Positions 28,543 through 38,995 of a stretch of 64,000 nucleotides of DNA are shown here, in pieces. The DNA lies in assembly GCA_965368975.1 (NCBI GenBank), contig CBDUPA010000002.1, positions 224,001 through 288,000 of the forward strand, in the 5' to 3' direction. The position numbers and the translations under genes are program-made. Under the pieces are notes generated by a model. That model ran no database searches. It was given only the letters and a program-made list of their open reading frames with translations, and was not told where the DNA came from. Each line of letters opens with the position of its first letter. Within the stretch, counting starts at the first letter, position 1. The stretch is from an uncultured bacterium. Its GTDB lineage: Bacteria; Acidobacteriota; Thermoanaerobaculia; Multivoradales; JAHZIX01.

Positions 28543-28705
28543 TGAGTAGCCCCCCCGGCGTCGTCCTTAGGACTCGCAAGAGCCGCCTGGAAGAGAAAGG
28601 CATGCGATTCTGTCACGGTAGAGGCCTTGAACTGCACGTAACTAGCAGGCGGTCCTATCACTGACAGATCGAGCCTAAGTTCGTCACACACGGAGGGTTT
28701 TGGTT

Positions 28706-29011
28706 ATGACGTATCCACTTCGCGCTCTTGCATGCTTGACGGTCGCAGCCCTGTGCATGTTACCGATTGCTTCGGTGCATGCAGCACCGGACACTGGCCC
28801 TGCAAATTTCGACGAAACCCGCTATACTGGTGGAACCAACTTGTTCGACCTTCTGGTGGGCTGGCTCGGCAGCCTGGTGTCACCCCCGGAGGCCCCGGAG
28901 GGGCAACCTCCTACCGGCCTCGACACACAGACACCGACATCTTCGGACAGCTCGCAGACGGAAGATCCGGACAACAAGGGTGTTTACATCGATCCGATCG
29001 GTAACAGCTGA
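28706..29011 (+). CDS. Small secreted protein, candidate signalling-peptide precursor
   Basis: GGAGG RBS at 28692; signal peptide ending VHA-A, amphipathic LFDLLVGWLGSLV, P/S/T/D linker, C-terminal DNKGVYIDPIGNS. Confidence 0.72.
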   Translation: MTYPLRALACLTVAALCMLPIASVHAAPDTGPANFDETRYTGGTNLFDLLVGWLGSLVSPPEAPEGQPPTGLDTQTPTSSDSSQTEDPDNKGVYIDPIGNS

Positions 29012-29079
29012 GTCGCAGCAGGCGCGAGATCATGGGGAAAAGCGGGAGTGCTCAAGCTTGTTGGGTTGACAGTGAGGCT

Positions 29080-29619
29080 ATGATCAGTCCAGACGAACAC
29101 GTGCAGTCCGATGAAGGCTTCGAGTTCCTGTTGGAACGCGTACAGCCAACGCTGAAGCAGATCCTCGGCCGGTATCAGGTACCGGCGGCGGATGCAGAGG
29201 ATGTCCTCCAGGACACTCTTCTCACCCTGCTGTACAAGTGGGACACCGTACACAATCCCGAGGCCTGGCTGATCGGGACGCTCCGCCGACGCTGCATCAT
29301 GTACTGGCGGAGCCGCCGTTCCCGGCTCTACGAAGCCGTGGACGAGGCAATCTTGGAGTTGATGGCGGAAGGCGAATCTCCCTCGCAGGAGAACGCGATG
29401 CTGCGCCGTGACCTCGAGACCTCTCTAGCGCAATTGCCTTCCCGTTGCCGGGCCATGCTGCGCCTGCGCTACGGGCTCGGCATGAAGCCGGATGAGATCG
29501 CGGGGAGAATGGGGTATCGCAAGTCGAGCGTACGAAAAGTGGCCAACCGATGCCTGGCAGCGTTGATGCGCCAGCTTGTAGAGGTCGGCTTTCTGAACGA
29601 GGAGGCATCAGATGCCTGA
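29080..29619 (+). CDS. ECF sigma-70 factor
   Basis: DAEDVLQD (region 2), PEAWL, LAQLPSRCRAMLRLRY..GMKPDEIA (region 4). Confidence 0.92.
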   Translation: MISPDEHVQSDEGFEFLLERVQPTLKQILGRYQVPAADAEDVLQDTLLTLLYKWDTVHNPEAWLIGTLRRRCIMYWRSRRSRLYEAVDEAILELMAEGESPSQENAMLRRDLETSLAQLPSRCRAMLRLRYGLGMKPDEIAGRMGYRKSSVRKVANRCLAALMRQLVEVGFLNEEASDA

Positions 29620-30988
29620 GCAGCGGCCAGAAGAAGGACGTTTAGAACACGGAAACCGGGCGCAGATTCCGGGGGAGGAGCAGCGCCGAGCAGACGACAG
29701 CGCGGGTAGCACTCGCTCCCGGGCAGCCTTGAAATCCCTGTTCCGCAAGATCGAAGCTCAGGATCGGGACGCGACTCTGGGAGGTGCCTCTAAAGGCGGC
29801 GTCCTCGACTGGGACAAGAAAGAGTCCTCGCAGCGTACCGACTACAGCACTCTGGTGGAACGAGTCGTCTCGCGCATGGACAAGAAGCGGCAATTGTTGG
29901 CGAAGCAACGCGAGCAAGCACCAGTCTTGATGTCCGAGCTGCTCCGCCATCCGCCGGAACGACGGCAGGTTCTGCTCAACAACAGCCAACGCTACCGCAA
30001 CCTACCGTTGTGCGACGTGCTGCTGGAAGAGAGCCTGGAGAGTGGCTTCCGCAACCCCATGGAAGCCGTCGAGCTGGCGGAACTGGCGATCGACGTCGCC
30101 GACCGACTCGATCCCGAATCCTTCAGCCGTGCCGTCATCTACGACGTGCGCGCCCGCAGTTGGACGTTCCTGGCCAACGCCCGCCGTATCAGCGGCGAGT
30201 ACCGTACTGCGGCAGAAGCCTTCCGCCGTGCCGAGGTTCTGCTCGCCGGCGGCACCGGGGATCTGCTGGAACGCGCCCGCTTCTTCGCCTTCAAGGCGAC
30301 CCTGCACAGCGACCTGAGTCAGTATGAGCAGGCGCTGGCGCTGTTCGACCGCGCCATCCACATCTATCGCCGTTCCGGTGACGACCAGTTGCTCGGACAG
30401 CTGTTGATTCGCAAGGGCCTGCACTGTGGCAGCGCTGGCGACCCGCTGGGTGCCATCGAATTGCTACGCGAAGGCCTGAAGTTGGTCGATACCGACCAGG
30501 AACCGCGCTTGGCGCTGGCCGCGAACCATAGCCTGATCATCAACCTCAATGAGCTCGGCCAGCAGGACGAAGCCCTCGCACTGCTGGAGAACAGCCGGCC
30601 GATGTACAAGCGGCTCGGCGAGCGCATCAACCTGATGCGGCTTCGCTGGCTGGAGGCACGTCTGGCCCGCTCCCGGGACGAGTTGGAAGAGGCCGAGCGC
30701 GCTCTCACCGAGGCACGTCAAGCGTTCATCAACCAGCACCTCACCCACGAGGCGGCGCTCGTCTCGCTCGAACTGGCAGCGCTCTACTTGGAGCAGGGCC
30801 GCACGGCCGAGATCAAGGTGCTGGCGCGCGACATCTTCACCATCTTCAACTCGATTGACCTCAAGCGCGAGGCCTTTGCGGCACTCGTCCTGCTCGAGAA
30901 GTCGGCTCAGATGGAGACGGTCACCCTGACGCTGATCCAAGAGACGATGCATGCTCTGGCACGCTCGACTCGCCATTCGGGTGTCTGA
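29612..30988 (+). CDS. Cytoplasmic tetratricopeptide-repeat protein (candidate anti-sigma / peptide receptor)
   Basis: Overlaps the sigma gene by 8 nt. Repeated helical TPR-like units (ANARRISGEYRTAAEAF, YEQALALFDRAIHIYRRSGD, AALVSLELAALYLEQGR); no TM or signal. Confidence 0.8.
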   Translation: MPEQRPEEGRLEHGNRAQIPGEEQRRADDSAGSTRSRAALKSLFRKIEAQDRDATLGGASKGGVLDWDKKESSQRTDYSTLVERVVSRMDKKRQLLAKQREQAPVLMSELLRHPPERRQVLLNNSQRYRNLPLCDVLLEESLESGFRNPMEAVELAELAIDVADRLDPESFSRAVIYDVRARSWTFLANARRISGEYRTAAEAFRRAEVLLAGGTGDLLERARFFAFKATLHSDLSQYEQALALFDRAIHIYRRSGDDQLLGQLLIRKGLHCGSAGDPLGAIELLREGLKLVDTDQEPRLALAANHSLIINLNELGQQDEALALLENSRPMYKRLGERINLMRLRWLEARLARSRDELEEAERALTEARQAFINQHLTHEAALVSLELAALYLEQGRTAEIKVLARDIFTIFNSIDLKREAFAALVLLEKSAQMETVTLTLIQETMHALARSTRHSGV

Positions 30989-31032
30989 ACGGGGCACCTG
31001 AGTATCCAACCACCGGGGAATCCTCTCGGTGG

Positions 31033-31083
31033 TGTAGGCAAGAGAAAAGGCGGTCCGACGGACCGCCTTTTCTCTTGCCTACA
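31033..31083. terminator. Bidirectional intrinsic terminator
   Basis: Perfect inverted repeat TGTAGGCAAGAGAAAAGGCGGTCC-GAC-GGACCGCCTTTTCTCTTGCCTACA between convergent genes. Confidence 0.85.
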
Positions 31084-31142
31084 AAAGCTCCCGTCCCGAG
31101 AGACAGGAGCCACACACCGGGGCCGGCCACACAGACCCAGTT

Positions 31143-32582
31143 CTAGAGGTCTTTGACCTCGGCCACAAGGTCTTGCAGCATCTTCTTCGCGTCGCCGAAC
31201 AGCATCATGGTGTTGTCGTACTCGAAGAGTTCGTTCTTGATGCCAGCGAACCCCGGGCTCAGCGAACGCTTGATGACCATCACGGTCGCGGCATGTTGAA
31301 CCTCTAGGATTGGCATACCGGCAATCGGACTGTCTGGATCGTTCATCGCCGCCGGATTGACGACGTCGTTGGCACCCACCACGAGAACCACGTCGGTGTT
31401 GCGGAACTCTGGGTTGATCAGATCCATCTCCACCAGCTGCTCGTAGGGCACGTCCGCCTCCGCCAGCAGCACGTTCATGTGGCCCGGCATCCGGCCGGCG
31501 ACCGGATGGATTGCATACTTGACGTCGCAGCCCCGACCTTCCAGCAGGTTGGCCAGATCACGGACCGTGTGCTGCGCCTGCGCCACCGCCAAGCCATAAC
31601 CGGGAACAACGATGACCGAGGACGCCGAATCCATGACCATGGCTGCCTCTTCGGCGCTGTAGGAGCGCACGTTCGTGTACTCGCTCTTGCCGCCACCACC
31701 ACCGCCAGTGGACTCTTCGGCACCGAAACCACCGAACAAGACGTTGGCGAGCGAACGGTTCATGGCCACGCACATGATCTGGGTCAAGATCAAGCCCGAA
31801 GCACCGACCAGCGCACCACTGATGATCAGCAGGTTGTTCTGCAACACGAAGCCCGTCGCACAGGCAGCCAGGCCAGAGTAAGAGTTGAGCAGCGAGATGA
31901 CCACCGGCATGTCGGCACCCCCGATGGGGACGACCAGCAGCACACCGAGCACCAGCGCTGCGGCACTGAGAATCAGCATCACCTGCGCCATCTCGGCGAC
32001 GCTGGTGATGGTCAAGAAGTAACCACCCAGGCCAAGGCAGCCGAGGACGAGCAGTCCATTGATCACATGCCGGGCCGGCAGCAAGATCGGCTGACCGCTG
32101 ATCCAACCCCGCAGCTTGAGGAATGCGACGATGCTACCGCTGAAGGTAATGCTACCAATGATCACCGACAGCACAATCGTGACCGCGACCGCCGTGCTGT
32201 CCAGCAGGGCGCCTGCCGCCTGTCCATCGGTACCAGTCTCGATGACCTCCAGCCACACGACCGACAGGGCAACCAGCGTGGAAGCGATGCCACCACAGCC
32301 GTTGAACAGCGCGACCATCTCGGGCATCTCGGTCATCTGCACGCGGATCGCCGCCAGCAGCCCGATACCACCACCGATCAACAGCCCCAGCAGGATCCAC
32401 TTGGGACTGAAGGTGCCGAGATACAGCAGCGTCGCGATGATCGCCAATAGCATGGCCAGTGACGAGGTCGCGTTACCGCGGCGCGCGGTGCGCACACCCG
32501 TCAGCCCCTTGAGGCCGACGATGAACAGCACCGCCGAAACGAGGTAGAGGATTCCGACCAGAGGGGTAACTTCTCCGCTCAT
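31143..32582 (-). CDS. pntB: NAD(P) transhydrogenase subunit beta
   Basis: MTEMPEMVALFN, IGGADMPVVISLLNSYSG, PGYGLAVAQAQH, HPVAGRMPGHMNVLLAEA. Confidence 0.97.
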   Translation of the reverse strand: MSGEVTPLVGILYLVSAVLFIVGLKGLTGVRTARRGNATSSLAMLLAIIATLLYLGTFSPKWILLGLLIGGGIGLLAAIRVQMTEMPEMVALFNGCGGIASTLVALSVVWLEVIETGTDGQAAGALLDSTAVAVTIVLSVIIGSITFSGSIVAFLKLRGWISGQPILLPARHVINGLLVLGCLGLGGYFLTITSVAEMAQVMLILSAAALVLGVLLVVPIGGADMPVVISLLNSYSGLAACATGFVLQNNLLIISGALVGASGLILTQIMCVAMNRSLANVLFGGFGAEESTGGGGGGKSEYTNVRSYSAEEAAMVMDSASSVIVVPGYGLAVAQAQHTVRDLANLLEGRGCDVKYAIHPVAGRMPGHMNVLLAEADVPYEQLVEMDLINPEFRNTDVVLVVGANDVVNPAAMNDPDSPIAGMPILEVQHAATVMVIKRSLSPGFAGIKNELFEYDNTMMLFGDAKKMLQDLVAEVKDL

Positions 32583-32597
32583 CTGCTCATCACTTCC

Positions 32598-32882
32598 TTA
32601 TCGCTTCTTCTGGCCGAACATGCGCAGCATGCGGTCGGTTACCAGGAAACCGCCGATCACGTTGATGGTGGCAAAGACGATCGCAGCCAGACCGAGCAGA
32701 CTGCTGACCTGGTTGTCACCCGTCTGGGCCGCGATCAAAGCACCCACGATGGTGATCCCGGAAACCGCATTGGCACCCGACATCAACGGGGTGTGTAGCG
32801 TCGGTGGAATCTTGGTGATGATCTCGAAGCCCACGAACATCGCGAGCACGAAGACGTAAATTCCGATGAGCAAACCGCCCAT
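32598..32882 (-). CDS. pntAB: NAD(P) transhydrogenase subunit alpha part 2 (membrane)
   Basis: LHTPLMSGANAVSG, NVIGGFLVTDRMLRMF; start MGGLL with AAGGAG RBS. Confidence 0.95.
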   Translation of the reverse strand: MGGLLIGIYVFVLAMFVGFEIITKIPPTLHTPLMSGANAVSGITIVGALIAAQTGDNQVSSLLGLAAIVFATINVIGGFLVTDRMLRMFGQKKR

Positions 32883-32895
32883 GGTGAACTCCTTC

Positions 32896-34035
32896 TCAGC
32901 TTTCTTGCTCGAGCAGCGCGGCCACTCGGGGATGAACCACTTCACCGTCCTGGGTCAGCAACGCACCCGCGACGACTTCGTCCTCGCGGTCCAGATTCAG
33001 CTGACCGTCGTGCAGCAGGCTCAACAGCAACGCCTGATGGTTGCGGGCGTAGAGCATGCTGGCATCATGAGGCATGGTGGCCGGTAGATTCGACGGACCC
33101 AGGATCACGACGCCGTGCTCGACGACCTCCTCGTCCTTCCTGGACAGCTCACAGTTGCCGCCTTGTTCCACTGCCAAGTCGACGATCACCGCGCCAGGAT
33201 GCATTGCCTCCACCATATCGGCGGAAATCAACAGTGGCGCCTTCTTGCCCGGAATCAGGGCAGTGGTGATGGCAACGTCGGCGTTCGACAGGTGGCGCTT
33301 GACGATCTCGCGCTGCTTGGTCAGGAAGTCGGCTGTCATCTCCTTGGCATAGCCACCCTCACCGGCGCCGCTCTCCTTCATCGGCAGCTCGATGAACTTG
33401 GCACCGAGCGACCGGACTTGCTCTTCGACCTCCGGACGGATGTCCGAGACCTCCACGACAGCACCGAGACGCTTCGCGGTGGCGATCGCCTGCAGACCCG
33501 CGACGCCCGCACCCATGACCACGACACGTGCCGGCTTGACGGTGCCGGCCGCGGTCATCAGCAGGGGAAAGTACTTGTTGAGCCGAGCCGCCGCCAGCAG
33601 CACCGCCTTGTAACCGCCGATATTGGCCTGCGACGACAGCGCGTCCATGCTCTGGGCACGGCTGATGCGCGGCACCAACTCCATGGCCATCGACGCAACC
33701 TTGCGCTCCGCCAGCGCCTGGACCAGCTCGGGCTGGTCATAGGGCGACAGGAAACCGATCAGCGTGCTGCCCGGTTTCAGAAGCGCTACCTCGTCGAGGC
33801 TTGGCGGCCGCACTTTGAGCACCAGATCCGCGGCGGCGTAGGCCTCCTTGGCCTCGGTTGCGATCGCCGCTCCAACGGTGCCATAGTCGACATCCGGAAA
33901 CTGCGAAGCCACACCAGCGCCAGCTTCGATGGTGACTTCCAACCCTTCCTTGATAAATCGCTTGACGGTTTCGGGGGTGGCAGCCACCCGCGTCTCACCG
34001 GCAAGTCTTTCCTTCGGTACAAACACCTTCACCAT
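32896..34035 (-). CDS. pntAA: NAD(P) transhydrogenase subunit alpha part 1
   Basis: GETRVAATP, RAQSMDALSSQ, GAGVAGLQA, GGYAK, DLAVEQGGNC. Confidence 0.96.
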   Translation of the reverse strand: MVKVFVPKERLAGETRVAATPETVKRFIKEGLEVTIEAGAGVASQFPDVDYGTVGAAIATEAKEAYAAADLVLKVRPPSLDEVALLKPGSTLIGFLSPYDQPELVQALAERKVASMAMELVPRISRAQSMDALSSQANIGGYKAVLLAAARLNKYFPLLMTAAGTVKPARVVVMGAGVAGLQAIATAKRLGAVVEVSDIRPEVEEQVRSLGAKFIELPMKESGAGEGGYAKEMTADFLTKQREIVKRHLSNADVAITTALIPGKKAPLLISADMVEAMHPGAVIVDLAVEQGGNCELSRKDEEVVEHGVVILGPSNLPATMPHDASMLYARNHQALLLSLLHDGQLNLDREDEVVAGALLTQDGEVVHPRVAALLEQES

Positions 34036-34246
34036 GGACGATCCCGCCTGTAAGTCAGATCTGTCTCCACGAAGATCCGGATTTCTTGTTTCGTGATTTC
34101 GATGGCTCCGTGCGGTCCCGGTCGTTCGGGGGCAGGTCAGTTCGAGTGTGGAATTTCATCCTAACTGCCCCCCCGGGGAGATGCAAGGATCGCCTCCGAC
34201 CCGGGGCCGGATCGCACCCCGCTGACGCCCCCCGTATACTGCAGGC

Positions 34247-37200
34247 ATGAGCCAGAACTCCGATCACGCCCCTACTCGTACCACGAATTCTCCCGCGAAG
34301 CACCACACCAACAGATTGGTCGACGAGACCAGTCCCTACCTCCTGCAGCACGCACACAATCCTGTCGACTGGTACCCCTGGGGGGACGAAGCTCTAGCTC
34401 GAGCCCGCAGCGAAGAGCGGCTCATCCTACTGAGCATCGGCTACTCCTCCTGTCACTGGTGCCATGTGATGGAACGCGAGTCGTTCGAGGACGAGGCGAT
34501 CGCGGCCCTGATGAACGACAACTTCGTCAACGTGAAGGTCGACCGCGAGGAGCGCCCCGACCTGGACGAGATCTACATGGCCGCCACCCTGGCGCTCAAC
34601 CAAGGGCAGGGCGGCTGGCCGATGACCGTCTTCCTGACGCCGGAGCTGGAACCCGTTTTTGCGGGCACCTACTTCCCACCGCGCGATGCCTATGGACGGC
34701 CCGGCTTCTCGACGCTCCTGCGGCGCATCGCTGAAGTGTGGAACGACGACCCCGAATCCCTGCGTCGTAGCGCCGCGGAAGTCGTCGACCATCTGCGCCG
34801 GCAAGGGGAGCTCGACAGTCCTCTGGCGGTTGGCGAAGAAGAGCTGCAACGCGCTCTGCAGCAATACGGCCAGGACTTCGACCCCCTCTACGGCGGCTTC
34901 GGCCCGGCACCCAAGTTTCCGCCGGCCACCAGCCTGAGCTTGCTACTGCGCCTGCACCGTCGCCTCGGCGAGGCGCAGGCCCTCGAGATGGTGGAGCGCA
35001 CGCTCGAAGGGATGGCCTTCGGTGGCCTCTACGACCAGGTGGGCGGCGGCTTCGCTCGCTACTCCACCGACGAGCGCTGGCTGGTACCGCACTTCGAGAA
35101 GATGCTCTACGACAACGCCCTGCTGGCCGCCGCGTACGTCGAGGCCTGGCAGGCCACCGGTAAGCCGCTCTACCAGCGTATCGTCACGGAGACTCTGGAC
35201 TATGTGCTGCGCGAGATGACCGCTCCAGAGGGTGGCTTCTATTCCGCTACCGACGCTGACTCCGAAGGCGAAGAGGGCAAGTTCTTCGTCTGGACGCCGG
35301 CCGAGATCGAGGCCATCCTCGATCCCGAGGACGCACGGCTCTTCTGCGCCTACTACGACATCACCGAAAGTGGCAACTGGGAAGGCAAGAGCATCCCGCA
35401 CGTGACACGCAATCTCGCGGATGTCGCCGAACGGCTGGGTCTGCAGCCGGCGTCGGAGGCCGACGATGAGTTCCTGGTGGCCCTGCAAGCCCGTCTCGAC
35501 GCGGCTCGGCAGCGCGTCTACGAGGCGCGCCTGCAGCGCGTGCCTCCGGGGCTCGACGACAAGATCCTGACCGCCTGGAACGCCATGATGATCCGCGCCT
35601 TCGCACTCGCTGGGCAAGCTTTCGATGAACCACGGTACCGCCAAGCTGCAGCACGTACCTGCGACTTTCTGTGGCGCGACGTGCGACGTGACGACGGCAG
35701 ACTGCTGCGCACTTGGCGCGCGGGCCGCGCGCACTTGGACGCCGTGCTCGAAGACTATGCGTATCTGGCCGAGGCTCTGATCGACGTCTATGAAACGACG
35801 GGCGAACCGCGCTACCTGAAGCGCGCCGAAGAACTCCTCGACCGGGTCCGCCAAGACTTCGGCTCCGACGACGGCGCCTTCTTCCATACCGCCAAAGACC
35901 ACGAGCAGTTGATTGTGCGCTACCGCGAGGGCACCGATGGCGCCATCCCCTGCGGCAACGCTGTCGCTGCGATGGCACTGGCTCGCCTCTCCTTCCATCT
36001 CGACCGCCGCGACCTGCGTGACGCGGCGGCCGACGCCATCCAGGCCTACGGCCGCGTCCTGGCGCGCTATCCGCGAGCCTTCGCCAAGAGCCTGTGCACC
36101 GTCGACCTGCTGCTCGAAGGCCCGGTCGAGCTGGCGCTGGTGGGCAACCCAGCCGCACCGGACTTCCAGGCCCTACGGCGCGAGGTGGGCCGGCACTACT
36201 TACCCAACCGCATCCTCGCCCCGAGCCCCAAAGACGCGGAGGCCGTCAGCTCGAATTCCGACGACGCAGTCACTACCGACCCGCCGCTACTGCTTGCCGG
36301 CAAGATGCCCGTCGACGGCCGCGCAGCGCTGTACGTGTGCCGCGATTTCGCCTGTCAGGCTCCCGTGACGCGGCCGGAACAGGTCGAAGCCGCGCTCGCC
36401 GAGACGGCAACAGCAGGTTCATCGACCGCCTCCTCGACCGCCATCGGCCGTCACCTCGAAGGCCACGCCACCGCCCAAGGCACAGCACGTTACGCCCAAC
36501 GCTTCGCCACGGCACTGCCGCACGGCTACCAAGAGCTCAGCGCCACCACCGCCGCGCTCACCGTCTGCCGTGCCGGCTTCGGTGGCTATCGCGTGGACGA
36601 CGAGACCGCTGTCCACCGACGGGCCCTCGAGCACGCGCTGCGCTCTGGCGTCAACCTGATCGACACCTCCAGCAACTACACGGATGGTGGCAGTGAACGG
36701 CTGGTCGGCACGGTGCTACGCCGGCTGATCGACGCCGGCGAGCTGCAGCGAGACGAGGTCGTCGTGGTGTCCAAGCTCGGCTACGTCCAGGGCGCCAACT
36801 ACGCCCGGGCACACGAGCGCGACGCGGCCGGGAACGGCTTCCCCGAAATGGTCAAGCTGGACGATGGCCTGTGGCATTGCCTCCACCCTGAATTTCTCGA
36901 GGATCAACTCGGTCGCAGTCTCGACCGCTTGGGACTCGAGACCCTCGACATCTGCCTGCTGCACAATCCCGAGTACTTCCTCGCTGACGCGTCTCGGCAC
37001 AGTCCTGCGGGGCAGCCTCTCGAGGCGACACGCGACGAGTTCTACCGCCGTCTCGAAGCCGCCTTCGCCTACCTCGAGGGGCAAGTCGACGCCGGCCGCC
37101 TCGCCGCCTACGGCGTCTCCTCCAATACCGTCACCCGCGCCAAGGACGATCCAGAAGCCACCGACCTGCCACGTATGCTGGCCGCATCGCTCTCCGCCGC

Positions 37201-38032
37201 CCGCGACGCCACCGGCGGAGTCGCTTCTAGATCGCATTTCCGTGTCCTGCAATTGCCGCTCAACCTGTGCGAGTCCGGGGCGCTGTTGCAGCCGGACGCT
37301 GTCCTGCTCCAGGCCCGCGACGCCGGCGTCGGCGTGCTCGCCAACCGCCCTCTCAATGCCCTCTCCCGCGATCCCAGCCATAGCGGGATGTTGCGCCTGG
37401 CCGACATCTCCGACGAACATCTGGCCCTGAGCGCCCAGGATCCAGCGGCGCAAGCGGACGTCGAAGCCCTACTCGTCGAGCTGGCCGAACTCGAGGCCCA
37501 GCTCCAGACCCACGTCGCCCCGCAGGTGCGCGGCACGCAGGGTGAAGACCTCGACCTCTTCCGCTGGAGCGCTCAGCTGGCGCAGATCGAGCCGCGCATC
37601 AAGAATCTGCACAGCTGGCGACCCGTCGAGATGCAAGTCCGCTTCAGCGTCCGTCGCATGGCGCAACAACTCGACGCCCACCTCGACGGCCCGGCCGCTG
37701 GCCTCTGGGTTCCGCATCGTCAGCCTTATCTCGACTTGCTCGAGACCCTGCTGCAGGCCCTCCGCTGGCGTGCTGCCCAACGCAGCCGCGCAGCCACCGC
37801 CGACATCGTCCAGGCCATCGATCCGCACCTGCCCGAGGACCGACATGGAGAGCCCCTGTCACGCAAGGCTCTCTGGACCGTCGCCAGCACGCCCGGTGTC
37901 ACCTGCGTCCTCGTCGGCATCCGCCAACCCGCGTACGTCGACGATGTCGTCGAGGTGCTGCGCTGGCCGTCACTGGCAGAGCCCGAGAAAGTCTATCGAG
38001 CCCTGGCCGACCCAGGCACGCTCTCCGGTTGA
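34247..38032 (+). CDS. YyaL/DUF255 thioredoxin-domain protein fused to an aldo/keto reductase domain
   Basis: [46 protein letters not shown]; C-terminal GFGGYR, IDTSSNY, VVSKLG, LHNPE, VLVGIR. Confidence 0.9.
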   Translation: MSQNSDHAPTRTTNSPAKHHTNRLVDETSPYLLQHAHNPVDWYPWGDEALARARSEERLILLSIGYSSCHWCHVMERESFEDEAIAALMNDNFVNVKVDREERPDLDEIYMAATLALNQGQGGWPMTVFLTPELEPVFAGTYFPPRDAYGRPGFSTLLRRIAEVWNDDPESLRRSAAEVVDHLRRQGELDSPLAVGEEELQRALQQYGQDFDPLYGGFGPAPKFPPATSLSLLLRLHRRLGEAQALEMVERTLEGMAFGGLYDQVGGGFARYSTDERWLVPHFEKMLYDNALLAAAYVEAWQATGKPLYQRIVTETLDYVLREMTAPEGGFYSATDADSEGEEGKFFVWTPAEIEAILDPEDARLFCAYYDITESGNWEGKSIPHVTRNLADVAERLGLQPASEADDEFLVALQARLDAARQRVYEARLQRVPPGLDDKILTAWNAMMIRAFALAGQAFDEPRYRQAAARTCDFLWRDVRRDDGRLLRTWRAGRAHLDAVLEDYAYLAEALIDVYETTGEPRYLKRAEELLDRVRQDFGSDDGAFFHTAKDHEQLIVRYREGTDGAIPCGNAVAAMALARLSFHLDRRDLRDAAADAIQAYGRVLARYPRAFAKSLCTVDLLLEGPVELALVGNPAAPDFQALRREVGRHYLPNRILAPSPKDAEAVSSNSDDAVTTDPPLLLAGKMPVDGRAALYVCRDFACQAPVTRPEQVEAALAETATAGSSTASSTAIGRHLEGHATAQGTARYAQRFATALPHGYQELSATTAALTVCRAGFGGYRVDDETAVHRRALEHALRSGVNLIDTSSNYTDGGSERLVGTVLRRLIDAGELQRDEVVVVSKLGYVQGANYARAHERDAAGNGFPEMVKLDDGLWHCLHPEFLEDQLGRSLDRLGLETLDICLLHNPEYFLADASRHSPAGQPLEATRDEFYRRLEAAFAYLEGQVDAGRLAAYGVSSNTVTRAKDDPEATDLPRMLAASLSAARDATGGVASRSHFRVLQLPLNLCESGALLQPDAVLLQARDAGVGVLANRPLNALSRDPSHSGMLRLADISDEHLALSAQDPAAQADVEALLVELAELEAQLQTHVAPQVRGTQGEDLDLFRWSAQLAQIEPRIKNLHSWRPVEMQVRFSVRRMAQQLDAHLDGPAAGLWVPHRQPYLDLLETLLQALRWRAAQRSRAATADIVQAIDPHLPEDRHGEPLSRKALWTVASTPGVTCVLVGIRQPAYVDDVVEVLRWPSLAEPEKVYRALADPGTLSG

Positions 38033-38054
38033 CATCCTCACTGCGGCCGTTTTA

Positions 38055-38891
38055 GTGTCGGTTGTGCACCCCAAAAATTCGACTACCCACCTGACCACCG
38101 ACACCTCCGGCGGCAGTGGCTCTGCTGCACTTGGTGCTGGGAAGATCGTCGGTGCGATCCCGGCACGCTATGCGTCGACGCGCTTGCCGGGAAAGCCGTT
38201 ACGCTTGATCGCGGGCAAGCCGATGATCGAGCACGTCTACCGGCGCGCGGCGCAAGCGGACGGGATCGACCACGTCGTCGTGCTGACGGACGATCCGCGG
38301 ATCGCCGAGACGGTGGATGCTTTCGGCGGACGCTGCGAAATGACGCCAGAAGACTGCGCCAGCGGCACCGACCGCATCGCGCATGCGGCGCGTGGTTGGG
38401 CGGACGTCGTGGCGGTGATCAACATTCAGGGCGACGAGCCGTTGATCGAGCCGGAGGGCATCGCGCGCCTTGCCCGTCACCTGCGCGAACATCCTAACGA
38501 CGGCATGGCCACCCTGGCAGCGCCCGCGGCCGAGGGCGAGCTGGAAGATCCCAACGCAGTCAAGGTCGTCGTCGATCTGGCCGGCTACGCGCTCTACTTC
38601 AGCCGCGCCGCGATCCCCTATCCGCGCTGCACCGGCGCCGCTCCGACGCGCAAGCACGTCGGCATCTACGCCTACCGCCGCGATCTATTGCTGCGGCTGG
38701 CCGAGCTGGCGCCAACGATGCTCGAGCAAGCCGAGAGCCTGGAGCAACTGCGTGCGCTGGAGCACGGTATCCGCATTCGCGTGCTCGACACGGAGCGCGC
38801 GGCGCAGGGTGTCGACACCGAGGAAGACTTGGCCCGGGTCGAGCTAGCTCTGCAGCAGGCGGCCCGTGACGAAGCGGCGCAGGCCGAATAG
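38055..38891 (+). CDS. kdsB: 3-deoxy-manno-octulosonate cytidylyltransferase
   Basis: IPARYASTRLPGKPL, SGTDR, NIQGDEP, ESLEQLRAL, GVDT. Start position uncertain. Confidence 0.95.
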   Translation: MSVVHPKNSTTHLTTDTSGGSGSAALGAGKIVGAIPARYASTRLPGKPLRLIAGKPMIEHVYRRAAQADGIDHVVVLTDDPRIAETVDAFGGRCEMTPEDCASGTDRIAHAARGWADVVAVINIQGDEPLIEPEGIARLARHLREHPNDGMATLAAPAAEGELEDPNAVKVVVDLAGYALYFSRAAIPYPRCTGAAPTRKHVGIYAYRRDLLLRLAELAPTMLEQAESLEQLRALEHGIRIRVLDTERAAQGVDTEEDLARVELALQQAARDEAAQAE

Positions 38892-38995
38892 GCCGACATC
38901 AGAAGCGAGTTATCATGAACCCCCCGGAAGAAATCTCGGCGCCGAATCCTCCCAGACCGGCCGAGCAGCCCCGAGACCAAAGGAGCCTGAAATCC

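Noticed and set aside
31033-31083. 51-bp perfect palindrome as a possible MITE or REP element
   Set aside because: Single copy in the window, lying between convergent genes with A/T tracts on both sides, so it is explained as a bidirectional terminator.
31143-34035. Split pntA (two genes) as possible pseudogenisation
   Set aside because: The alpha1/alpha2/beta three-gene arrangement is a well-known natural form (Rhodospirillum rubrum type), and each gene is intact.
37542-38054. N-terminal extension of kdsB in the ORF track (449 aa)
   Set aside because: It overlaps the YyaL-AKR gene in another frame, and KdsB homology starts only near 38140, so it is not a fusion.
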